Below the pieces are notes generated by a model. That model had not been told where the DNA came from. It made no database searches and saw nothing but the letters and a program-made list of their open reading frames with translations. The translations under genes were made by a program, and so were the position numbers. From Vicugna vicugna (taxonomy: Eukaryota), in the NCBI GenBank assembly GCA_013265495.1, contig MU058423.1, positions 3,735,061 through 3,799,060 of the forward strand: a stretch of DNA of 64,000 nt, read 5' to 3'. This document shows, in pieces, positions 54,401 to 64,000 of this stretch; within the stretch, counting starts at the first letter, position 1, and each line of letters opens with the position of its first letter.

Positions 54401-55299
54401 ATGCTATTTGCATTCATGTCATTAGAAAAGTCAAAATGGTTTCTACACACACGGAGGAAAGGGAAACCATACCCTTTATAAAAGGATTAGAGGGAACAAG
54501 AGGCTTTCAGCCTTGTAGAGTGAACTTGAGCAGCCTGACTTTTACACGTTTCCTTTCTGTAACGTAAGGATCCTTAGCGTTGAAGTGGTCACGATGAAGA
54601 GGCTGCACCTTGAAAAGCCACTTAGCTTTGTCTGTTGTGATAGCTGTCTTGAAACATTTTGTAATCCAGAGAGCTCTGGCCTGATGTATAAATTTTAGAG
54701 TGTCTTAGACCTTGATGGTGTCCAATTTCCTTCTTTGAAGGTTATCTGCATCTATATTGAGTGCTTTTGTAACATTTTAATTCTTCAACCTGTAATAAGT
54801 GAGCAAGCTGTTTATGTATTTCGGAAGGGGCAGAGAGGGCAAGCACGATGGCTGAAGACTGGAGTCTGTGTTACTGGAATGTGTCACTTGTCACTGGCTA
54901 GACCTGAAGGAGAGGCTATGTAGTACCTCATCACGGGACCTTTCCACATGAAGCCAAATATTAACTCAATGTGTGGCCCCTTTTCACAGACCCTGTTCTC
55001 TGACTTGCTAAGTTACCATTTTCAGGGGATGCTCCCATGGTCCATGCATGCCCAAGATGGAGCTGTGGGTGTGCTGCTTAGTTCTTTTCTCTCCCACTCT
55101 TCCCACCTCGCCCATATTCAGTCAGTCACTGGGTATTTCCGTGTTAACGTCCTTGAGTTTTTTCCTTTTCTCCTTCTTCCATCCTAGTAAAAATCAACAT
55201 TTTTTTCTTTTAATGGATATGACAGCATCCTATTCTTACTTACTCTGCATAATCTCCCTAATAAAGAGAAAAAGACAGTTAATTCTGCACACTGCACAG

Positions 55300-55530
55300 T
55301 GGAGCAAGTATAACGTGGTAGCTAAGGATGTCAGCTCTGTAGCCAGGATCCTGGATTTGAATTATGACTCCATTACTTTGGCAAATGCAGTTACATAAAC
55401 TTGGATAAATGGCTAAGCTTCATTCTGTATGAAAAAGAAAACCAATCTTTCCTGATTGTGCTGTTACGAGGATTGAATGACATAAACATTTAGTATAGTG
55501 CTTGGTACATAGCAAGCACTAAAAAATTAC
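55300..55530 (+). mobile_element. MIR SINE
   Basis: cctggatttgaattatgactccattactt...gaggattgaatga...agtgcttggtacatagcaagcact. Confidence 0.75.
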
Positions 55531-56959
55531 TACAACAGTAGTCAGAAAATGCTAAAGTGAGTATTTCACTCTCTAACTTAAAACCCTTTAACCTAACGTT
55601 TCTTCTAGGATAAAGCCCACATCCTCTGGCTTTGGGTAGGTCCCAGCTGCCCTGTCCAGCCCTGCTCTCACTGCTCCCCCAGAGCGTTGTGTCTGTTCTG
55701 AACCACGTCCACTGCCCCACTAGTCCGTTCTTCGTCTCGTCCTGTCCTCATGTGCCTACTGGGCTGATTACCTGGGATGGCCTCGCACCGAGTCTGGCAG
55801 TTTCCTCTCCCTTCCCTGAACACCAACCACTCCTCCTTCTGTAGCTGGCTCTGCCCAACCTTCAGGGTCCCATCTATTCCTCACTCCGGAGGGCTGTCTC
55901 TGAGACTCCAGGGCTCTCGAGGAACCTGAGTGCCTTCCTCATAGCAGTTGCCACATCATTGTGTTCACATGTGTTCGCATTGTGTTCTGTAAGCTCTGCC
56001 TGACTAGGATATCCCTTTTGAGAGCAGAGTTTGGGCCATATTTGCATTTTTAAATGCTCAGTTCTTGGCAGTTTTATCCACTTAACCTCTGTTTAATAAG
56101 TTAATAACTCAGTACCCAATGAGGGGATGTTTTATGAAGTTTTATGATGCCTGGTACATAACAGTTACCTTGTTAATACTTGTTAAATGAGAAAATGCTA
56201 TTTAGACTTTTTTTTTATATCCTTGATTTTGGTAAGTATCATGTATGGATATATTTATTATTTTAAAAATCCTAAAATTATTCAATTCTGATTTCTAAAA
56301 TCCTAATCCCAAATTCTAAAAAAAAAAAAAAATCTTAAAGTTGTCTCTTATAAAGAAACAAGATGATTTAGCAAAGTTGTATAACTTTTGGTCAGACATA
56401 AGTTATTGTTATGAAATAATGAGATGTATATTGTTTTTGAGAGTCATAAACCAGGTCTGAAGGTTGTAAGCTACTGCAGGTGATACAAAGGACTGTCAGA
56501 TGGCTGTAACCTTTAAGAATTTAGACTTGCACTGAAATAATGCAGTGTCCAAACACCAGTAATATCTCTAGGCATAAAACAAACTCGTGTTCATCAGTCT
56601 TCAGTGAGCTCAAGTTCTCTCCTTCTTAGCAAAGTGGGATAAGGTTTGGATTATTAGGCATTCTGCAAAGAAAGCGATAGGATTTTCTGAGAAGTTCATC
56701 AGTTAGGCCATTTGCATTAACTGTTTTTGCATTAACTGTTTCTGTTGCAAGTGATGGATTGCTTAAGTGAAGGGTGGAGTTACTGGTTCTGTTGATTTAA
56801 CTGGCTCCTGTAATCTGGGAGCAGCCTGGTGCTCAGACTTTGGTTTCTAAATACCGTTTATCATATAAATTGAAACGGAACTGTTTGGACAAAAGAACTT
56901 GAGCAGAGAGAAGGAAAAAAAAAGGTGGGGTGAGGGCAGCAGAAGCTCTTCTTTTGGTA

Positions 56960-57905
56960 AGAATGCCAGCTAGTAAATATGGAAGGAATGATAGAATATA
57001 CTACAGCCCTGAAAGGAACAATTGAAGCAAGGGTTATCAGTGGAGGCAAAAATCCATGAAGTTATTGGGAAATGGGACAGCCACATGGTAACAAATTATC
57101 ATCCCCAGGCTTTGCTGATGTAAAGGGGAACATGTTCCTTTACAATAGAGAGATGTGGCAATAACCATCTTAACCAGGTGATCAAGCTTACTGTCATTAA
57201 TAATGGGATAATCTAACATTTTGTGCCTTCTGGCATGATGAGATGGGAAGGTCACAGTATAAAGTATTTTTGCTCTTTTCTGTTTAACTTCCATCTAGAC
57301 TTAGCTTTGGTTCATAGGAAATACAAGTAATGGAGGAACATTAGTAATACCAGGAAGAAATAATCAGACAAATGCAGAATGTGGGACATTCTATAAAATA
57401 CCCAGGTCTAGACTCTTCAAACAGTCGGTGTCATTTAGGAAAAAAAAAAAAAGGCAGCAGTATTTTTAGATTAAAAGAAATTGCAAAGATAAAGCAACCA
57501 AATGTAATGGGTGAAACTGAATTGGATCCTCGATTGGGTGGGGCAGGGGATAGTGGAAAAGATGCTGGGTGGGCAATCAAGGAAATCTGAATATGGGATG
57601 GATATTAGATAATATAGAATTACTGTTAATTTTCTCGGGTGTGTTAGTGGTATTGCGGGCATATAGGAAAATATCCTTATTCTTAGGAGATGCCTGTTGA
57701 GTTATTTGGGAGTGGAGTGCCACGATGTCTGCAGCTTACTTCCCCGTGCTCCAGCAAAATTTTTTATAAATAAATAGAGAGATGGTTGCCACACAAAAGC
57801 ACATACAGTAGTAAGTTATAGTTGTTGAGTAAATGGAGTGTATGTGGTACTATTCTCCCAACTCTTTTTTTTTTTGGTTGGAAATTTTCTTTTAAATAAA
57901 AGAAA
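56960..57905 (+). mobile_element. Ancient L1 3' region (L1MC/L1ME-like)
   Basis: cagacaaatgcagaatgtgggacattctataaaa, ttcttaggagatgc, gatgtctgcagcttact, terminal aataaaa. Confidence 0.75.
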
Positions 57906-59199
57906 CTGGAAAAAGAAAGTTGAACATGAGGAAAACAAAGCAAAAGTCTTGGCGTGGGCAGGCCCAGGGCTTCTGGAATGATATCAGGGCCCCCTTCCTC
58001 CATGCCTTATCTCTGTTCCTGGACTTGGTCCAAACCATCAAGGGAAGTGTGATCCTAGGGTTATTAGCCAAACTTGGGGTAGCGATGAAAATCTCCAGCT
58101 ACGATTCACAGAGAAGCCTGGGGCAGAACCTGTCTTACCCATTTTTAGCATTCCCAGTAGGCAGTCAGAAGCTGTTGACTGAAAAAACACACCAATAAAG
58201 GGATGACCAAACTTGTTGATTGTCTGGAAATGTGAGAGCGCACCAGCGATGTTTTTCAAATCCAGTAAATATTTGTGAAATTAATTGAATAGAGTTGGAT
58301 TAGTTAAGGGGGCAAATAAGGTTAAGATTTATTCCAGAAGTAAGGGGATGGCCTGTTTTTCAGTCTTCTCTTGAATACATGTAATAGTGACTACATTTCA
58401 TATATATTTATGTTTTACCTTTCAGTAATAAAACTTTTCTGAATTGGTGATCAGAGCCCTTGGATGGAAGTCTACTGTAGCTTTTCCTGTATGGGGGGAT
58501 AATTTGAGTTTGGTGCAAGATCTTATGTGCAATTATGCTTTGTTCCTTGGTGAGCGATGAGTTGGGCACTTAATTATGTAAAAAATATTGCAAGAGAGCT
58601 GTTGCATAATCCCCAAGAGAGTAATTATTGTCTGTCTTGGCAGAATGCAAGGCTTTTAATCTGTAAATAAGCAATTCTATGTGAAAGAGCTCCATGCAGA
58701 GTGATTCTGTGTCGTAAAGTTCTCTTATGAATTTTTTAAAGTGAAAGCAGTAACAGCATGTGCGATTGGCTGCTGCCTTTGTGCTTCAAAGGGTTTATGA
58801 TGCTTCCCCTGTGGTTTTAATCCCTCCTGAAATATTTAAGCCTCCAAGAATGATTCCTGTAAAGGGTAAAGCTGCATCTGAGTTAAGCCCATGAAAAATC
58901 TGAATGTTCCCAAAGCAGAGGAAGTAAAATGTGCTTTCTGCAAATTAAAAAACAAACCAAGATGGAAAACAAAACAACAAAGTAAAATGTTGACGGTGCT
59001 TTAGAAAAAAGGGAAGATGGAATAAATAGCTAATTGGTTTCTCACTTATTAGAGGTTAATAATTTTATTTTTATGTGTGCCATTGTAGCTAATACTTCTG
59101 AAATTCACTGTCAGAGCATGTGTGTACTTTGCTTAGGTGGCTCTATGTCTTAGATACTGAGTCAATTCTGTTGGTTAAGTTGTAATATCTGCCTTCCCT

Positions 59200-60650
59200 C
59201 TTAACCCTTTAGTGTCAGTGAGCTGAGTGTGTTCTCCAAGGTCAGCTTCTCCGCCTGAGCACCAGACCCTTCCCCTTTGCCTACTCAAGAACTTTATTTA
59301 AGTGACTGTCCCTCTTCCTTGCATGACCATCTTTCTCTCTATCAAGTTATTCCCGTCAGAACAGGAACGTGTTGTAACAGCTTTCCTTGTTAAAAAACTC
59401 TCTCTCTGATTACCTCCTCAAGCCTCTTGCAGCAAAACTCCTAAGAGTCTATATTCTACTTGACTTTCTCTCTTCCCGTGGTCTCCTGAAGCTGCTTCAC
59501 GCAGCCTTTGTGCCCCAACCCCATCCTCCACATGGAATCTGCTTTTGTCGAGGTGCACCCATGACCTTCACGCGGCCAGATTCCACGGACAGCACTTGGC
59601 CACTGTCTTATTTGAGCAGCAGCAGCAGCAGCAGCTGTCACAACTTATCACTCCTTCTTCCTAGAAATACCTTCTTAATTGGCTTCAGGGAAAACCTGTT
59701 CCCCTGGTTGGTCTCCTTCTGCCCTGGTCCCTCTTTTCTCAGCCTCTTTGTGGGCTCCTCCTCTTTTCCTGATCTAAGAGTATTTGGCTCCAGGTCCTCT
59801 CCTCCTCTCGCCCTCTCCCAAACAATGTCATAGTTTAAAATGTTTTGTATACTCTGAAGACCCTGAAATTTAAGTCTAGAGTACAGGCTTATATCCAGTT
59901 GTCTGCTGCCCTGTGTCCCATTGGATGATGGGGCATCTCAAGTTTAGCAGGGTCACAATTGAACGCCCCGTCTTCCCAGGGTTGTCTCTCATCCAGGTTA
60001 CTGTACGAGCCTCCTGTCTAGTTCTCCTGCCTCCGTCCGTGCTCCTGCCCCTTTCCGTCTAGAGTCGGGAGAGCAGCCTGAAAGACCCTTTTAAAACATG
60101 GGATGGTAACCCGACTCCATGCCAAGCCCTCCGGTGACTTCCCATCGCAGTCAGAGCAAAAGCCTGTCCAACAGGGTTCTCCGTCATCTGACCTGATTAC
60201 CTTTCTGGCTCACCTCCTACCTTTCTCCTTGTCACCCGCTCTGCTCTGGCCGCATGGCCCCGTCCTCAGACACTTCTGCTAGAGACCCCGGCACGGGGTG
60301 CTGCTTTCAGCTGAGCGGTTGGTCCTGTAACTCTGCATGGCTTGCTCCTTCACCACCTTCGAATCTCTGCTTATCCGTCCTCATCTCACCGGCACCTTCT
60401 CCCACCATCCCGTTGGAGTCCCTCTGCTGCACACCCGCCGGCCCTCCGGACCCCTCCTCCTGGCTTCACTGTTCTCTGTTGTACCGACCACCACGTGAAA
60501 ATGAAGACATGTCCTTGTTTGTTTTGGTTGCTGAGCTTGTTCTCGTCTGCCGCCTCTTAGGAGAACGTGAGTGTCTCGAGGGCAGGCTTCGTCTGCCTTG
60601 TTCACAGCCGAGTCGCCGGTGCTGGGGCGGGAGTGGGTCATCAGTGCGGG
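59200..60650 (+). mobile_element. Long L2 fragment ending ~150 bp before the VAV3 exon
   Basis: tttgagcagc...atcactccttcttcctagaaatac, cttcccatcgcagtcagagcaaaagcc, ctcgagggcagg...ttgttcacagc. Confidence 0.8.
59615..59635 (+). repeat. (AGC)7 trinucleotide repeat inside L2
   Basis: Seen directly. Confidence 0.95.
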
Positions 60651-60764
60651 AAAGTGGAAGGAGTCATGGAAAACAGCCTCCAGAGCGGGTGGGCTCTTGC
60701 TCGTCATCTTCCCGGCACTGCGGGTGTGGCAGAGGACAGGTAGCGTTCAGAAGGAGTCACCGTG

Positions 60765-60791
60765 TACTAACAGCTGTTTCCCATTCCTCAG
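60765..60791 (+). promoter_or_regulatory. Branch point (TACTAAC), polypyrimidine tract and 3' splice site
   Basis: TACTAAC at 60765-60771, branch A at 60770, 21 nt before the end of the intron. Confidence 0.85.
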
Positions 60792-60908
60792 TTTCTCTGT
60801 TTGAAGAACATAAGGACATTCCTCACGGCCTGTTGCGAGACATTTGGAATGAGAAAGAGTGAACTCTTCGAGGCGTTTGACCTGTTTGATGTTCGTGATT
60901 TTGGAAAG
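60792..60908 (+). CDS. VAV3: Internal coding exon (exon 2, 117 bp, phase 0-0) of guanine nucleotide exchange factor VAV3, CH domain
   Basis: Acceptor ...tttcccattcctcAG ends at 60791 and donor AAG|GTAATT starts at 60909. Manual translation gives [39 protein letters not shown], matching the VAV3 CH domain as I recall it ([13 protein letters not shown] distinguishes it from VAV1/VAV2). Confidence 0.96.
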
Positions 60909-63900
60909 GTAATTACATTTTCTTTTTTATGTATTTTAAGTGGAGAACATTTTATCAAATACTGTTGTTTCCTATACTGAAGTGGGCATGTGACTCAGGT
61001 GGCCTCAGTGTCAGTATTATGTAGTTATTACATTTCACGTATGAGTGGCTTGGCCAAAAAAAAACCCCCCAAAACCCCCCCAAAAAACCAATAGCAGCAA
61101 CAAACGTCCACATGAGATTAGAATGTTAATTTTTTTAATTTAAAGCAATATAAGGGGACTCTTTTATGCAGAGTTAACTTTTCCTGTTAGTTATGTCAGA
61201 GGGCAGGACTACTGTTTTTCATCGTTCAGAGTTTGTTGGGCTGACATGTCTGAGGACCAGTATTCCTTCCCTCCCCTCCAGTCCTCTCCATACCTGAAAG
61301 GCATCTAATTTTTGGAAGTTGAGAATGTTCTGTTGCCTCTTCTGACACTTGGGTGGGTGACTTGCAGAAGCCACGAATCACTGGAATGTTTGAGACTATT
61401 GAACAAACCCCGCTGCTTAGGTTTCAGGAGACACGTGTTAGATTGTTGGATGTCAGTGATACTTGTCACATGTAAATTGTTTCAGTGTTTGCTCTTATTG
61501 TATGTACAGCAAATACTTGTGTATAATAGAGTGACATCTTTTCGAAAGGATGGAAAGGAAAGGATAGAAATCATCTTTTCAAAAGTTACATTCATTTGTT
61601 TTGGAGTGATTAGGCGTGAAGCTAACCTTCTTGTGTCTAATAAGCCGTAAAAGAGTCAGGCAGTCAGGGAGCCCCTGCTGAAACAATCGTAGTATGAAAA
61701 TAAGTGTCTGGGAAGGGAACCTAAAAGATACTGAGAAGTTTCTCTTATTCTTGCCATTCAGGTGCTAGTATCTTATCAAAAGGCTGTTTGAGATGACATT
61801 TTATTTGATCTAAGATGCAATATTTTGATTATAAACTAAAAACCAAGCGATGGATTGATTCGCTTGCAATGGGAATAAATAGCACAAGCCTGAAATAGAA
61901 ACGTTAAGAAATTCGATGCTGAAATGCCCCAAGTATGGGGAAGCCACCCTGCCCAGGGAGAGGGAAGAAACCGTGGATTCTCTCTTGGTCTCTTTGTGGT
62001 CTTCTGGACATCAGCAGTCTTCTCTGTCATCAGACCACCTGCCCTTCTGGAGGTCTGTACAAAAGGAAATGGGTGTAAGAACATGGTTTCGAAGATTCCT
62101 CTTTTCTCTGGCAAGCTGTGATTTAACTGTCCTGAGGTCTAAAAAGGTGATGGAGGGTAGCATATGAAATTAATCACAAGGTACTGGAAATCAAACCTCC
62201 CCGTAAGGAGGTGATGACACATTTGTCTGTGCCGTGAAGTGAAGCCACAAAGACAAAGAGGAATCAAATAGAATCCCAGGTGAAGTGGACAGTCCTCCAA
62301 GCCATTGACCCGGAAAAACGCCTTAACGGCTTGTAAAAGTATCTTTTTCTATTCTTTGACCCTTCCTCCTACTTTTTTAAAAGAAAATCTTTTCCAATTT
62401 TCCTTTCTTTCCTCCCCTTTTTTTGGGTTGGGGGGGATGAAAAATGAGAGAAACGTCTTGACTTCTTAAAGCTTTTCGAAGAGCTTTTCATTTTTCATTC
62501 AAATTTGTGCCAAATGGTGTTGACAGAGGCTGGGAAATCCTAACAAATGTTTAGAAATGCACGGCTTTGTTTTAGTGGAAGAACAGTGCATGCTGGATTG
62601 ATGAGGCAATGGAAGCCTTGTAGGGAGTTGAGGTTATAGAAAATTGAATGTAAAGGAATAAACTGTATGCTTCTCAAAGGTAATTATATTTCTGGCTCCT
62701 TAAAATATTTTGGCAGTGTGAAGTCTGAAACAGAATTAAGCTTGGGATTGTGGGTGAGAATTTGATCCTGTATTTACCACTTTAAAATCACATACTTTTT
62801 TTTTTTTTTGCTACTGCCAAGATTGGTACAGCTATCTCTTCAGAACTGTATTTGACCTAAATAAACCACTGAAAATTAAAGAATATAAGGTGGTGTTCCA
62901 TAAGTTACAAGTACTACCGCTGTTGAACATTGTCACTCTAAGCAAGGTCGCCAGTACCACCGCGGACTGAGCACTTCTGATGTAGCAGATATCTTTTCAA
63001 TCTTCAAATGTGTATTTTTTAATCCTCATAACATTTTCTAGTATTTTCTAGTACGAGTATTTTCCTCATTATACAGATGAGCAGATCTGTGCCTGAAATC
63101 ACATATCTGGTAGAGACTGAAACAGTGGTTTGACCCCAGACCTGACTGGTTCTCCAGTGCTTCGCAGTAGAGTGAGTGTCCACATAGCTGGTACCATTTA
63201 CCAGCGTGGTCCTAAGCGCTTTGCAAGTATAGACTCAGTTCTCACATCAGTCCCACCATGTTGGTACTATTGTCCCCATTTACAGGTCCTAGATGGTAAG
63301 TGATAGAACTTGGACGATTCATGTAGTTTATATTTCTAAAGTTAAAAAATGTAAATAGAGTGTTAACTTTGAGACAGAGTCATTTCTGGTATTGTGAATA
63401 TAAATTATAACAGTCTGTGGACAGATTCGTTTGTTTCTCTCCATTCCTTGAGATTTAGTTAAATTTTCAATTAACTTTCACATGAAAAATATTTCTGTGT
63501 GCTGCCTGCCTGCCTTAGTTCATACAGATGGTGAATCTAGGATCCATATATACGTGGCACCTTTTCATCTAGGAATATATTAACTGCAGTAACAGTGTCT
63601 AACGTTTTTATGGCATTTTGAAGCTTTGAGAGTGTTTCAGATCACTGACCTCATTTGATTCTCATAATCGTCTTGTGAAGGAAGGAAGCAAGTGTTCCTG
63701 ATTTTCAGATGAGGAAGGTAGTGGGGAAACTAAATGGTGACTTCAAGATCTTCTTGCTTGGGGACAGAGCAGGATCTGGAGATCAGGGCTTCTGACTTCC
63801 CAGCCCTCTGCTTGTCTCGTCTGCTGCCTGTGTTTTGGGACTTACTCCTGTGTGGGTGCTCAGGGAAAAGGATGAACTCATAGGAGAAAAACCAAAGGAA

Positions 63901-64000
63901 TATATGGAATTTAAAAGCACAAGTGATCTTGGAGTCTAATGACACTTCTTTTGTCTTTAGAAAGAGGGGGAAGATTTGGAGTACTGTGTGAGTCAGATTT
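60909..64000 (+). other. VAV3: VAV3 intron 2 (5' part)
   Basis: Begins with GT donor after the exon; I did not find the next exon (VIETLSRLS...) in the window. Confidence 0.85.
63590..63810 (-). mobile_element. MIR SINE
   Basis: ctcatttgattctcataatc...tgtgaag...attttcagatgaggaa...ggcttctgacttccc. Confidence 0.75.

Larger units (their letters stand above)
1..60791 (+). other. VAV3: Probable VAV3 intron 1 (3' part; exon 1 not in window)
   Basis: No other recognisable coding exon upstream. VAV3 is known to have a very large first intron. The GC/CpG-richer first ~850 bp is compatible with a promoter CpG-island shore. Confidence 0.8.

Noticed and set aside
60254..60862. Longest ORF (202 aa)
   Set aside because: Mostly GC-rich L2 remnant; it overlaps the real VAV3 exon in a different frame and resembles no protein I recognise.
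304..63945. Remaining short ORFs (60-151 aa) in the track
   Set aside because: No recognisable homology or splice support; many use non-ATG starts or lie in repeats, as expected by chance.

Overview
Mammalian genomic DNA, probably camelid, judging from three tRNA-Ala-derived vic-1-like SINEs. It is not microbial, and it holds no operon, CRISPR array or intact multi-gene system. The only coding sequence I can support is a 117-bp exon at 60792-60908 (+) encoding [39 protein letters not shown], part of the VAV3 calponin-homology domain (coding exon 2). The ORF track misses it. Positions 1-60791 are therefore most likely VAV3 intron 1 and 60909-64000 the start of intron 2. The introns are full of transposon fossils (L1, L2, MIR, MaLR, LTR16-like, Tigger2-type MITEs, SINEs). 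Most interesting: (1) a clean solo ERV LTR, antisense to VAV3, with 7 phased CCAAT boxes, two octamers and a TATA box; (2) an L1 with an apparent 3' transduction inside its target-site duplication (TSD); (3) two twin-primed, 5'-inverted L1 insertions, one only ~100 bp long; (4) an under-sized assembly gap; (5) a perfect TACTAAC branch point. I found no evidence of a wholly new biological system. Repeat family names come from recall of consensus sequences, not a database search, and boundaries of old repeats are approximate.
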